Below are positions 27,823 to 38,222 of a stretch of DNA of 64,000 nt, in pieces. The position numbers and the translations under genes were made by a program. Source of the DNA: Polyangiaceae bacterium (GTDB lineage Bacteria > Myxococcota_A > Polyangia > Polyangiales > Polyangiaceae); assembly GCA_044376115.1 (NCBI GenBank), contig JBILLK010000002.1, positions 192,001 through 256,000 of the forward strand, in the 5' to 3' direction. Every line of letters starts with the position of its first letter. The stretch's first letter is position 1. The notes beneath the pieces were generated by a model, which was given only the letters and a program-made list of their open reading frames with translations, ran no database searches and was not told the DNA's origin.

Positions 27823-30255
27823 ATGGAAACTCGAGACTTCGTCCTCGGAACGCGCGTCAGCGTGGAGGAAGCTGCCCAGCGAACGGCGACGGTAGCGTCC
27901 AACCCGCAGGGTTTTGCGCTGCCAGCGCACCACCTGGTCACCCACGGGGTCGTTCTGGGCATGACCGGAAGCGGCAAAACCGGCTTGTTGATGGTCTTGG
28001 TCGAGGAGGCGCTGCGCTCGAAGGTGCCCACGGTGCTCATCGACATCAAAGGCGACCTGCCGAACCTGCTGTTCCTTTTTCCAGAACTCGCAGCCAGCTC
28101 CTATCAACCGTGGGTTGATGAAGAGGCCGCTCGTCGCTCAGGTCAAACGCGCGAGGCGATGGCGGCGCAACTCGCGACGCAATGGAGTGCTGGCCTCGCG
28201 TCTGCGCAGCTGGCGGCCGACGATGTACGCGCGCTGCGCGAGTCGGTGCACCTTCGAGTCGTTACGCCGGGCGCTTCGATCGCCGAGCCGCTCAACGTGC
28301 TGTCGTCGCTCTCACATCGATCGGCGCTGTGGGGAGTCGACGATGAGGCGGCACACGATGAGTTGGCCGCTGGTATTTCGCTGGTGTTGCGCTTGGCCGG
28401 GTTCGATGGGGAGCCGCGCGGTCGCGAGCATGTGGTGCTTTCCGCTTTGGCTGTGCGGCGGATCGAGCGAGGGGAGCCAGCTCCGTTAGCGGTTTTGTTG
28501 TCGGACTTGCTCAACCCTCCGATCGCGCAGATCGGTGCGATGGCGTTCGACGACTTCTTTCCTCCGAAAGATCGTCAGGCGCTCGCGCAAGGGCTCAACA
28601 CCCTGTTGGCCTCGCCGAGGCTGGCCTCCTGGCAAAAGGGCGCGCCGCTCGATGTGGCCTCCTGGCTCGCACCGCGTGCGGACGGAAAGACGCCTGCAGT
28701 GATCGTTAGCGTCGCGCACCTCGAGGATGAAGAACGGCTGCTCGTACTTGGGCTGCTGCTCGACCAAATGTTGTCCTACGTGCGCGGGCTCTCGGGCAGT
28801 AGTTCGCTGCGTGCGCTCTTGGTCTTCGACGAGATCTTCGGCTTTTTGCCACCTCATCCGCATAACCCACCGACGAAAAGGCCGCTCTTGGCGCTGCTCA
28901 AACAGGCGCGTGCGTTCGGCGTGGGGACCATCGTCGCGACGCAGAACCCGATGGACGTCGACTACAAAGCGCTGTCCAACGCCGGCGCTTGGATCATCGG
29001 CCGGCTGCAAACCGACGCCGATCGGGAACGCGTGGTGGAGGGGCTGCGCGGTGCCGACGGCGGGCTTTCGGGGCTCGAGCCGGGTGAAGTTGAGAACCTG
29101 CTTCGAAACTTGCCGCCTCGAACCTTCTTCGTACGGGACGTTCACGCCAAGCCTGCTTGCGGGCTCGTGCGTTCGCGCTGCGCGATGAGCTGGTTGCGCG
29201 GGCCGGTCACCCGCAGGGAGCTAGCCGCGGTTTGGAAGGCGCTCGCCGACCGGCCAGTGGAGGTGGAGGTTGCGCAGGCGGCGGCGCCCGCCGCAAGCTT
29301 GACTGCCCCGGGCGCGCCGACGGCGCAGCCGGTGTCTTCGGTCGTCGCCGGGAACGCGGCGGTGCCAGCGGCTGGAGCGTCGACCCCGGCTACTTCCGCG
29401 GTCGCGACGGTTGCCCCGGCGTTTGCTGAGGGTTGGCATGCGTTCTTTGAGGCGGATGCACGTGCACAGCTCAAACCGTGGCTGTTCGCGACCATCGTGC
29501 TGCGCGTTCGCAGCGCCAAATTGGGCTTCTCCAGCGAGCGGAAGGCGACCTTGCTGGCTCCTTTCGACTTGAGCGGCCGACCTGAACTCGGGCGGGCGCA
29601 ATTCACCGACCCCGCGCGATTTGCGCCTTCCCCAGGCCCAGGCGCTTCGTTCGGCGAGTTACCGTCGCTGCTCGGTACCAAGAAGGGCCGCGAGGGGATC
29701 GAGAAGTCGCTGCGGGATCACGCCGTCGCGCAAGGCACCTTCGACGTCGAGGTCCATCGGGAACTCGCGCTCTGTCGCGCAGACGGTGAGTCGGCGGAGG
29801 CCTTCCGCGAACGTTGCCGTCAGGAGAGCCTTCGTCGGTTGGGGGAATCCCAGCGTCAGATCCAGGCCGACCATGCGCCAAAGATCGCCAAGCTCGAGGC
29901 CCGTTATCTCGCGGCGCAGCTGGCCGCGCAGAACGCACAGGCCTCGCTTCAAGCAGCTCCCAGCGATCTCGGGGCAGCGCTGGTTGGGCTCGCGCTCGGG
30001 CGGCAAGCGGGGGCTCGCGTCAGCCGCGGACGCGACAAGGCGGCTGGTTCGATGCAAAAGGCGCACGAGGCCTTCGTCAAGGCCGACATCGAGCTGCGCG
30101 CCGCCGTGGCGGAACGAGACACCGAGCTGGCCGCGGCAACGCGCGACGTCGACCGGGTCGCCTTCCAGATCGAGGCAGAGCGCGTTCTTGCGAAAAAAGG
30201 AGATGCCGAGGTGCTGGCGATCGGGGTCTTGTGGCGCAAGGCGGCGGTTGAATAG
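27823..30255 (+). CDS. HerA/DUF87-DUF853-like P-loop ATPase with C-terminal coiled coil
   Basis: Walker A GMTGSGKT, IDIKGD, Walker B LVFDE, QARAFG, ATQNPMDVDYK, GRLQT; Ala/Pro linker; helical C-terminus. Confidence 0.85.
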   Translation: METRDFVLGTRVSVEEAAQRTATVASNPQGFALPAHHLVTHGVVLGMTGSGKTGLLMVLVEEALRSKVPTVLIDIKGDLPNLLFLFPELAASSYQPWVDEEAARRSGQTREAMAAQLATQWSAGLASAQLAADDVRALRESVHLRVVTPGASIAEPLNVLSSLSHRSALWGVDDEAAHDELAAGISLVLRLAGFDGEPRGREHVVLSALAVRRIERGEPAPLAVLLSDLLNPPIAQIGAMAFDDFFPPKDRQALAQGLNTLLASPRLASWQKGAPLDVASWLAPRADGKTPAVIVSVAHLEDEERLLVLGLLLDQMLSYVRGLSGSSSLRALLVFDEIFGFLPPHPHNPPTKRPLLALLKQARAFGVGTIVATQNPMDVDYKALSNAGAWIIGRLQTDADRERVVEGLRGADGGLSGLEPGEVENLLRNLPPRTFFVRDVHAKPACGLVRSRCAMSWLRGPVTRRELAAVWKALADRPVEVEVAQAAAPAASLTAPGAPTAQPVSSVVAGNAAVPAAGASTPATSAVATVAPAFAEGWHAFFEADARAQLKPWLFATIVLRVRSAKLGFSSERKATLLAPFDLSGRPELGRAQFTDPARFAPSPGPGASFGELPSLLGTKKGREGIEKSLRDHAVAQGTFDVEVHRELALCRADGESAEAFRERCRQESLRRLGESQRQIQADHAPKIAKLEARYLAAQLAAQNAQASLQAAPSDLGAALVGLALGRQAGARVSRGRDKAAGSMQKAHEAFVKADIELRAAVAERDTELAAATRDVDRVAFQIEAERVLAKKGDAEVLAIGVLWRKAAVE

Positions 30256-30290
30256 GCCACCGACGCAAAGATCCGTTAACCTTAGCGGCG

Positions 30291-31721
30291 ATGGGACCCT
30301 CCCCGCCGCTCCTCGGCCTCGTCTTGGCCGGGCGGTACAGAATCACCGACCATATTGGCGAAGGCGCGATGGCCAGCGTGTTTGCGGGCCAAGACCTCGA
30401 GGCGGGGGGAGTTCGCATCGCGGTCAAGGTGATGCATCCGCACCTGGCCAACGACCGAACCTTCTCCGCTCGGTTCAAGCGCGAGGCCCAGGCCGCCTCG
30501 ATGGTGAAGCATCCGAACAGCGTCGCCATTCAAGCCGTTGGTGAAGAGAACGGTATCCACTTCATCATCATGGAGCTTTGCCCTGGCAAAGACCTGCGCG
30601 AGACGCTCAAGCTCGAACGAAGGCTGAGCGAACTGCGCGCCGTGAAGATTCTGCAGTGTGTGGCGGCTACCTTGCGAGTCGCTCACGAGCTGGGCGTGAT
30701 TCATCGCGATCTGAAGCCGGAGAACGTGATGATTCAGAACGATCCACAAACCGGCGTGGATCTCGTGAAGGTGCTCGACTTCGGCATCGCGAAGCTCGTC
30801 GCTCCGATGCCCAAGCTGCGGGCCTCGCCAACCGACAGCGACCCAGCTCCCGCGATCACGCAGTTTGGCGTGGTGGTTGGAACGCCCCAATACATGTCCC
30901 CCGAGCAGGTGCGCGGCCACGCGCTCGACGGTCGCAGCGACCTCTACACCTGCGGCATCTTGCTCTATCAAATGGTGACGGGCGTATTGCCGTTCGACGG
31001 CGAAAGCCCGCTCGAGGTCGCCGGCCGTCACGCCTTTGAAGCACCCAAACCGCCGAGCCAATTCCTTCCGTCGATCGACCAGGTGTTGGAGCAAATCATC
31101 CTGCGGCTGCTCTCGAAACAGCCAGAAGACCGCCCCCAATCGGCCGCCGCGCTGATTGACGTTCTGCAACTGTGGGAGCGCGGCAAGAGCAACCAGGGGC
31201 CCGTGCGCGGGGTAGGCCAGACGACACCTCTACACGGCGGCTCAGGACCATTCGTCGCGAGTGCGGTGGCTCCCATTGCAGCTACGCCACCTCGAGGTCA
31301 GCTGGGCACCCTGATGGAGTTGGACGCCCCAGCGGCGGCGGGCCAGCGTGCTGCGTCCAACCCGTGGGACGTTGCCCCTTCGTTTGGGACGCCGGCGCAA
31401 GGCTCAGCCAGCCTAAGCGGGGAACTGGTCGCTCCGGCCCAGCCGCTCCCGTTGCGCCCTGGGCAAGGGCCGGCGCCGATGCCAGCGGGTTCCGCGGCTA
31501 CGAATCCACAAGCTGCCGCTGCCAACTCCCCGCCGACGCGCTCTCCGAGCAAGCGATCCTTTGGGATTCTGGGGCTAGTGCTCTTGTTATTGAGCGCTGG
31601 CGTCGGCGTGGGTGTTGGTGTCGGCCTTCACCTGTATTGCGGGGGCGCGCTCACCACGAATGGCCAGTCCGAAAGCGCGGAGCCGCCGGGACCTCCGCCA
31701 GGGGTCCCCTTTTGCCAGTAG
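30291..31721 (+). CDS. Serine/threonine protein kinase with C-terminal TM helix
   Basis: GEGAMASV, AVK, HRDLKPEN, DFG, GTPQYMSPE and DGRSDLY motifs; hydrophobic helix near the C-terminus. Confidence 0.95.
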   Translation: MGPSPPLLGLVLAGRYRITDHIGEGAMASVFAGQDLEAGGVRIAVKVMHPHLANDRTFSARFKREAQAASMVKHPNSVAIQAVGEENGIHFIIMELCPGKDLRETLKLERRLSELRAVKILQCVAATLRVAHELGVIHRDLKPENVMIQNDPQTGVDLVKVLDFGIAKLVAPMPKLRASPTDSDPAPAITQFGVVVGTPQYMSPEQVRGHALDGRSDLYTCGILLYQMVTGVLPFDGESPLEVAGRHAFEAPKPPSQFLPSIDQVLEQIILRLLSKQPEDRPQSAAALIDVLQLWERGKSNQGPVRGVGQTTPLHGGSGPFVASAVAPIAATPPRGQLGTLMELDAPAAAGQRAASNPWDVAPSFGTPAQGSASLSGELVAPAQPLPLRPGQGPAPMPAGSAATNPQAAAANSPPTRSPSKRSFGILGLVLLLLSAGVGVGVGVGLHLYCGGALTTNGQSESAEPPGPPPGVPFCQ

Positions 31722-34220
31722 CTCTTGGCCCAGTAGATCGAGCGCTGTAGAGAAGCTTCGGACGACGCACGCGAGCAGTCGTTCCGCGTCAGCCTCGCTC
31801 ACACCGAGCGGAGCCGAAGGAGAAGCGAGTGCAACGCCCGTGAGCGACGCCCGAGCGAGCGGCAGCGCCGCCGGCGCCTCGCCCGATTCGAAGCGTAGGG
31901 TGAGCCATCGGATCGCTGGGCCGGCGAGGTGGAGCGTCAGTCGCTCGGCTAGATACGAGCGAACAGCGACCTCATCGGCCGCCTCGCGTGACAACGCGCC
32001 GAGCGGCTTGAAGTCCTCGGTGAGCAGTTGCCATTCTTCTGCCACCCCGCGTCGCAACTCCTGGGCGAGGGTCTGACGATGGAGCTCACATTCGGAAGAG
32101 ATGCTGCGCAAACGACGTGCGCGCTCAATGGTGCTAGTGCGCTCGGCGAGCAGCTTGCTTTCCTCGGTCTCAGCTCGTGCCGCCATCGCCTCGATCAGCC
32201 GCGACAAGCGCCTGCGATGAGCGGCTTCGCGCAGGTCGTCTCCTGAGTCGATCAAATGTTGCGTGATCGCTTCTTCCACCTCACTCCAGCGAGAAGCGGC
32301 TAGCTCCTCGGCGTTACCGAGGCGTCCTCGTAGCGCCTGCTTCGCCGAGAAAGGGTGGGGGCCTGACAATAGTTGCAACCGCGCGCCCTCGGCTCCGCCG
32401 ACGCGGCTAGCCTCCTTTAGGTGCGTCAGCACCGCCTCCAGGCTCCCTGCCGGGAGACGATCAATCTTGTTCACCAACAGGAGCACCGGCAACCCTGCCT
32501 GGCGCACCTCATCGAGCACGGCGGCCTCAGTGGCCTTCAACGGGCTCGTTGCATCCGCAAGCCAGATCACCGCGTGCGCCTCACGCAGCGCTCGTCGAGC
32601 GCTCGCGTCGTGTTCCTCGTTCGAGCTGTTGAAGCCGGGCGTGTCGAGGATCTCGGTCCACTTGAGGCGCTCGATCGGGGCGTAGATGTGCACGCCGTCC
32701 ACCAGTGCGTGCTCTTGTTCGAGCGCGCGCAAGGTTTCACGTAGGCGCTCATGAGGGATCGTTCGGTCGGGCGCTTTGCGGATCAGAATGCGCGCAAACG
32801 GATCGGGAGCAAAGGCCAGCCGGTGAATCGTCGCTGTGGTCGGTAGAATCCCGGTGGGCGCTACGTCGGCTCCAACGAAGGCATTGATGAAGGTGCTCTT
32901 GCCGGCGTTGAATTCGCCCAAAACCGCTACCAAGAGAGGTTTGCCGTTATCGAGCTGCATCGCGTCGAGAGCGCGTTGCGCCTCGAGATCGCCCGTTTGG
33001 CGAGCTTCCTCGAGCAGCCACGTGGCCATGCTCGACCAGGCCGGCTCGTCAGCGTGGGTCCAAATCGAGAACGCCTGCGTGAACAGCTCCTCGGCCCAGC
33101 CGCCGAGGTCGCTATCCGCGCTGACTTCCGCAAGCACGCGCACGGCCTGCTCGACCTCCTGTTTGGCGATCGCATCGAGCGCAGCGAAGAGCGATGCAGC
33201 TGGAAGACGCGCCGCCGCTCCTCCCGCAGCCACGCACACCGAAAGTGCCTCGCGGTCGCGCAGCTGGATCGCCAGCCCGAGCAACGCCGTGAGCGCGTCC
33301 GCGTCGCCGGCGCGTGTACGGGTCACCAGCGCATCACGCACATCCCCCGCGCGCCCTTCCGCGAGCGCGATCGACACCTCAAAACGCGCGCGATCGCCGC
33401 TGGCCGTCACCAACTCGGAGAAGGCACGCAGCTCGCTCGCGTCCTTGCACGACGCGATGATGGTCGCGAGCAAGTCGCTCGCTCCCGGGACCTCGAGAAT
33501 GTAGGCGCGCTTCGCTTGCATCACCGCTTGTGCGCGTTTGAGCGGATCGCTCATGTCGGAGAGCGCCCAAAGCAGCCTGGCAAAGAGGTAGACCCGTCGA
33601 CCACAAAGACGTTCCCACTCTTGCTCGGCCGTCCGGCTATCGACGCCCAGCTCGGTACCGAGGTTCTCCACCAATTGGGCCGCGGTCTCGGCTTGCCCCA
33701 AGGCAAACAAGCATTCAGCTCTGCGGATCAGCAGCGCCTCATCTTTGGTCTCGAGGCGCACGGCCACGCGCTCCAGCCACGCGAGCGCACGTGCCGGTTC
33801 GGCCTCGGCCAACGCTCGATCGCAAAGCTCGAAGGCGGCCGCTCGCCGCGAGTCCGGATCCTCCACCGAGCTGGCTGCGCGTTCGAGCGCTACGGCTGCT
33901 TCGGATGGCTTTGTCACCGCCAGTACCCGACCGAGCCGCAGCCAAATATCGGCTCGCCAAGGCAGCAACAGGGTTAGCTCACGCAGCGCGTTCTCGGCTT
34001 CGTCATCGAGCCACATCGCCTCGGCAGCATCCGCGAGCAGCGCCAGCCCCAGCGGGGACTTGGGCGCCCGCGCAAGGAGCTTGTGGGCGTGCTCGCGGGC
34101 GTCGAGCGGTTTGCCTTCACGCAGGCTCGTTTCGGCGTTGCGACGGTCGCTCTCTGCACCAACGGCGAAGAGCTCCATGCGCGAGGCGATACGCGACAAA
34201 CTCTCGAATAAGGGAGGCAC
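31587..34220 (-). CDS. TPR-repeat + dynamin-family GTPase
   Basis: N-terminal TPR-like helices; G1 GEFNAGKS, G2 PTTA, G3 DTPG, G4 NKID; helical C-terminus. Confidence 0.85.
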   Translation of the reverse strand: MPPLFESLSRIASRMELFAVGAESDRRNAETSLREGKPLDAREHAHKLLARAPKSPLGLALLADAAEAMWLDDEAENALRELTLLLPWRADIWLRLGRVLAVTKPSEAAVALERAASSVEDPDSRRAAAFELCDRALAEAEPARALAWLERVAVRLETKDEALLIRRAECLFALGQAETAAQLVENLGTELGVDSRTAEQEWERLCGRRVYLFARLLWALSDMSDPLKRAQAVMQAKRAYILEVPGASDLLATIIASCKDASELRAFSELVTASGDRARFEVSIALAEGRAGDVRDALVTRTRAGDADALTALLGLAIQLRDREALSVCVAAGGAAARLPAASLFAALDAIAKQEVEQAVRVLAEVSADSDLGGWAEELFTQAFSIWTHADEPAWSSMATWLLEEARQTGDLEAQRALDAMQLDNGKPLLVAVLGEFNAGKSTFINAFVGADVAPTGILPTTATIHRLAFAPDPFARILIRKAPDRTIPHERLRETLRALEQEHALVDGVHIYAPIERLKWTEILDTPGFNSSNEEHDASARRALREAHAVIWLADATSPLKATEAAVLDEVRQAGLPVLLLVNKIDRLPAGSLEAVLTHLKEASRVGGAEGARLQLLSGPHPFSAKQALRGRLGNAEELAASRWSEVEEAITQHLIDSGDDLREAAHRRRLSRLIEAMAARAETEESKLLAERTSTIERARRLRSISSECELHRQTLAQELRRGVAEEWQLLTEDFKPLGALSREAADEVAVRSYLAERLTLHLAGPAIRWLTLRFESGEAPAALPLARASLTGVALASPSAPLGVSEADAERLLACVVRSFSTALDLLGQELLAKGDPWRRSRRLRAFGLAIRGERAPAIQVKADTNTHADASAQ

Positions 34221-34262
34221 CAGGCGATGAGAGCCGAGGAACCCTCGTGGTTCAAGCTCGCA

Positions 34263-35810
34263 CTACTCCAGCCGCTTGCGTCGCAGCACGACGTACGCCG
34301 GCCGAGCCCGATGGTGAAAGACGGGCTCAAACGCTTGCGCAACGCCGGGCTCGAGCGCCACGTATCGCTCGACGCCATGCAGGAATGGGCTGGTCTCCCA
34401 CGCCGCGCTCACGCTGGTCCCCGGCTCGAGGTTGAACACCACCGTGTCCACTCCGCGCGCACTCAGGAAACCGTCGGGAATCTTCTTGGTGGTGTGCGCT
34501 CCCGGAAGGCGCGCGACCTCCGGATCGGTGACCCCGGCCAGGTCGACGATCGTCGCATGAGGCGCGGCTGCGCCCAGCCAGCCGACGTCCACGGCTGCGA
34601 TGGTTTGGCTCGTTGAAAGCACGGGTGCCGCGGCCTCGATCAGCGCCATTCGGTCGGCGCCAACGCGACCCACGTTCCAGCCCACCGCGTTCCACGCAAA
34701 GAGAGCGCCCGCGAGCGCGAGCGCGCTGCGAACCGCTACTCCCGGACGCGGGGCTTCGGCTGCAATCAGCGCGGAGGCCACCGCGAGTGCTGGAAGAATT
34801 GGGACAAACAGGCGCGACAGCGCCATCCAATCACCACCCGCCAGCGTGATTGCCGCGGCGTGCGCTAACACCGCCATCGTCAGCCAACGAGCCAGGCGTG
34901 AACCGCGTCGCAGCGTCCACCACGACAGCAGCTGGACCGCACCGATCAGCAGCAGACTTGCTCCGGTGTACGCAAGGCCACGGCTCAGATCAGGGCGTTT
35001 TGCGATGATCGATAGCGGGGTGACCGTCGCAAAGAAGGAGGCGCGAGCGAGCGAGACCGATGCAAACGGCAATAGCACCATCGCCGCTCTGCCAAACGCG
35101 TGCAAAAGTCGCCGTGCGGCGACGTCATCGCGCGGCCCCACGGCCCGCTCTTCATTCCCGTCGTCGAGCGCGCGCGGCATTCCCAGCAGCAACGCGAACG
35201 GAACCAACTCGGGCCGCCACGCTGCAGCCATCCCAAACAATAGGGCAGGGGAGCGAGGCTCCCGTTGCGTGTCGACCGTTCGAGCGCGGAACTTCAGCCA
35301 GAGCCCCGTTGCTACGAAGAGTGTCACGATCCCCGTCTCCATGCCCGAGCTCGCCCATGCGGCAGGCTGCGGAGATACGAGCCACACCAAGATCGGAGCA
35401 AAACGCATGCTGCTCCCCGGTAGTCGCCAGACCAGCGCCACGATCAAGCCAAACGCAGTCGCCATAGCAACCAAGCCAAGCAGTTTCGCCGCAGCGAAAG
35501 CGGCTAGCGTGCTCTCACCCGCGAACAGCGAAAGTAGGTGTGCGTAGCCAAGCGGCGTCACCCCGTCGCTGCTCGCACCACCGCGATTGAAAACGTAGCC
35601 AGCTCCCGTAGCCAGATGATGCGCGTAGCGCGCGGAGATGAGCGCATCGTCGACCGTGAAGCCATACACACAGGCCCACAAACCCAGCGCAAGCAGGCTT
35701 GCAAGGAGCGGCCCCAAGTGTCGCCAGCGGCTAGCGGGGTTGGCTTCGCTTGTCCACTCCACGGCGAATCGATCCGAAAACTTAGTGCCCAGAGCAAGCC
35801 TCTCTAACAT
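34263..35810 (-). CDS. Multi-TM membrane protein, GT-C/arabinofuranosyltransferase-like
   Basis: DDALISARYA after TM1; SSGMET, WRPE, GGDWM..SRLFVP and D.GW....D.AG.TD motifs; many TM helices. Start uncertain. Confidence 0.65.
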   Translation of the reverse strand: MLERLALGTKFSDRFAVEWTSEANPASRWRHLGPLLASLLALGLWACVYGFTVDDALISARYAHHLATGAGYVFNRGGASSDGVTPLGYAHLLSLFAGESTLAAFAAAKLLGLVAMATAFGLIVALVWRLPGSSMRFAPILVWLVSPQPAAWASSGMETGIVTLFVATGLWLKFRARTVDTQREPRSPALLFGMAAAWRPELVPFALLLGMPRALDDGNEERAVGPRDDVAARRLLHAFGRAAMVLLPFASVSLARASFFATVTPLSIIAKRPDLSRGLAYTGASLLLIGAVQLLSWWTLRRGSRLARWLTMAVLAHAAAITLAGGDWMALSRLFVPILPALAVASALIAAEAPRPGVAVRSALALAGALFAWNAVGWNVGRVGADRMALIEAAAPVLSTSQTIAAVDVGWLGAAAPHATIVDLAGVTDPEVARLPGAHTTKKIPDGFLSARGVDTVVFNLEPGTSVSAAWETSPFLHGVERYVALEPGVAQAFEPVFHHRARPAYVVLRRKRLE

Positions 35811-35821
35811 CAGGACCGAAA

Positions 35822-38164
35822 ATGATTGGCGAGATTGGAGCACGGTCTCACTTCCCGCGGGTAACGGACGGAGCCTCGAGCCTCGAGGCGCTTTTCGCCC
35901 TGTTTCCCGAACACCACGCCAAAATCTTGCGTGGCCATGAAGGCCCACGAAGGAATTCTCGGTTTCCCAGTACCAACGTCCTATGTGATTTGGCGCAAGC
36001 GTTAGCATCGCTGGATACCTCGCCGCGCCGCAAAGTCACGGTGCGCGTCCGCATCGCAGACGAGGCTTGCGAAATTGGTCTCGAGCGCGCCGGCAGCTGC
36101 GTGCTGGTCAGCCTGTACTCAGGCGGCGCCGTCCCTTACGTGCATCTGTTCGAGCGCCGTTGTCAGAGCGCGTTGGTGGCCGAGTCGATGGCCAGCGCCC
36201 TGCGCGAACGTGCGGATAGCGCCCAACCTCGCGAGCTCGAGCGGATCGACGCGGCGCTAGCGCGTTTGCACGGGTCGGTCGCCGAGGTGCGTGAGGTCGA
36301 GCCGAGTGCGATCGAGGTCGCGTCTGCCGAGGATTTGCCGTTCGCTTTTTCGGCGGAGCTTTGGCTCAGGGCTCAAGCCGCCTCGCCCAACGATGCTCCG
36401 CCCTCGAGTCGTAGCTTGGGTTCGGAAGGTAAGGCACCAACCATCCTCCGCGCGGAGCTGCTCAGTCTGCTCGTCAAAGGTAAGTTGCGCGTCTGCGCGT
36501 TCGACCACACCAAGGAACTTGCGGATGTTCACGTGTTCCTGGTTGCTGAGCAGCTCGCACGGCTATCGCTCGATGCTGCGCGCGCGGTCGCACAGGCCCG
36601 CCCGCTCTACAAGAAGACGGTCGTTGGCGGCGCTGTCTTGGGCTTGCGCGTAGCAGCGAAAGGCAGTGAGACCAAGCTAGCCCTTACGCTAGGTTCTGCC
36701 AGCAATCTCCGCGGTGAGCATTGGACGTTCCCGTCGCTAGACGCCTTTGCATTCGGTCGCGCGGTGGTGGACTTCGGTCGCAACTTGGCTCGTGCACTCG
36801 TCCGCAGTGATCGCTCGCAAGCGCACAACCTACGGCTCGTCGAGTTTCGCTCCCTGCTGCGTGAACTCTCGGAGACCTCGCGGGAGGTGCGCGCGAGCGA
36901 CGGCGTGATCAACCAATCACCGGAAAGCTATCGCGCCTACGCTCGTGAGAGCGAGCCCAACAAGGGCATCGCGGCGCCGGTAGGGCGCATTCGCTTCGCC
37001 CCGAAGTGGACGGCGGCTGTCCCGTCGATCGACCTGCGTTCTACCTTCTTGTACGGAGAATCGCTGATCGTCGGCTCGCTCCGCGAGGTGTCGGCTATCG
37101 ATCGCAACTCTGGCGCAATTCTCTGGACCAAGCCGGTCACCAAGGGCGTGAGCGTACTCACCCCGGCTGGGCTCGCGCGCTTCGATGGGGAGGGAGAACT
37201 CACCCTGCTCGACCTCCACTCCGGCGAAACCAAACGCAGTTTGCGGCTTTCTCCTCGCGTTGGCGCGCCTGTCACTGGCGCCGTCGTGAGCGGGCCCGGG
37301 CTTCCTCGAATGCTCGTGATCAGCGAGGGTAAGCGGGATCTCTCGTGCGTCGACCTCGACGCGGGCGAGGTGTTGTGGCGCTATTCATCCCGACGCGCGG
37401 GCGCCTTCCGCTTGCGGCGCGCGGGACGCTTGGTGATCGTTTCAAGCGCCGAGCAAGCGCTCACGGCGATCGATGCTGTGAGCGGTGAAGTCGTGTGGCG
37501 CCACTGCGACAAACTGCGATTTGCGCATGCCGCCTCGGTCATCGACGATTCGCTCTTCGCGATCGCTGGGGACGGCGCTTTCGTTGGGCTCGGTGGTACT
37601 AGGTTGTGCCAGCTCAATCCATGGTCGGGCGCACACAAGTGGAGCGTGGAGTTCCGCGAGGGCGCTCGCCCGATCGGCCCGCCGCTCGTTGCGCGGAACT
37701 CGGTCGTCGTTGCGTTGCTCGGGCGCCATGGCACGCAGGTGGTGGCGTTTGATCGCAAAACGGGCGAAAAGCTATTTGAACGCGACGGTTGTGCCGGCAT
37801 GGCTGCTCCGCTCCTCTTGGATGACGCGATCACGCTCAACGGCGAGTCGGGTGAATTCGTGGCGATTGACGCGGAGACAGGCGAGCTGCGGTACCAGCAC
37901 GTGTTCGCCACCGGTGCTGAAGGGGACCGTCCACGGCGTCTTGAGCCTGTGCTCCGGAGCGGGGCGCTGTTCGTTCCGCAAGGTGCGGTTCATGTCGTAC
38001 GGCCACGGGATGGCGCTTTGCTTGGTACGGTGCCGGTGGACCTCGTGCCGGATCTGTTGCGAGTCGATGAACGTTGTGACGTTTACGTTGCGGAAGAAAG
38101 TGGGCACGTTGCCGCCTTCTCGGCGGGGGCGCGGCTCACCCTGGTACGAACCACCCCCGCTTGA
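35822..38164 (+). CDS. PQQ-like beta-propeller repeat protein
   Basis: Repeated A.D..sG...W motifs (AIDRNSGAILW, DLDAGEVLW, AIDAVSGEVVW, AFDRKTGEKLF) in the C-terminal half; no signal peptide seen. Confidence 0.75.
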   Translation: MIGEIGARSHFPRVTDGASSLEALFALFPEHHAKILRGHEGPRRNSRFPSTNVLCDLAQALASLDTSPRRKVTVRVRIADEACEIGLERAGSCVLVSLYSGGAVPYVHLFERRCQSALVAESMASALRERADSAQPRELERIDAALARLHGSVAEVREVEPSAIEVASAEDLPFAFSAELWLRAQAASPNDAPPSSRSLGSEGKAPTILRAELLSLLVKGKLRVCAFDHTKELADVHVFLVAEQLARLSLDAARAVAQARPLYKKTVVGGAVLGLRVAAKGSETKLALTLGSASNLRGEHWTFPSLDAFAFGRAVVDFGRNLARALVRSDRSQAHNLRLVEFRSLLRELSETSREVRASDGVINQSPESYRAYARESEPNKGIAAPVGRIRFAPKWTAAVPSIDLRSTFLYGESLIVGSLREVSAIDRNSGAILWTKPVTKGVSVLTPAGLARFDGEGELTLLDLHSGETKRSLRLSPRVGAPVTGAVVSGPGLPRMLVISEGKRDLSCVDLDAGEVLWRYSSRRAGAFRLRRAGRLVIVSSAEQALTAIDAVSGEVVWRHCDKLRFAHAASVIDDSLFAIAGDGAFVGLGGTRLCQLNPWSGAHKWSVEFREGARPIGPPLVARNSVVVALLGRHGTQVVAFDRKTGEKLFERDGCAGMAAPLLLDDAITLNGESGEFVAIDAETGELRYQHVFATGAEGDRPRRLEPVLRSGALFVPQGAVHVVRPRDGALLGTVPVDLVPDLLRVDERCDVYVAEESGHVAAFSAGARLTLVRTTPA

Positions 38165-38222
38165 GCACAAGAGCGGCGCGACGCTTGATGTAGGCGCCCG
38201 GGCCGACTAGCGTCAAAACAGC

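Noticed and set aside
27451..28049. Apparent 600-bp head-to-head overlap of ORFs 26082..28049 and 27451..30255
   Set aside because: Artefact of longest-ORF starts; ATGs at 27770 (-) and 27823 (+) give non-overlapping divergent genes that retain all motifs.
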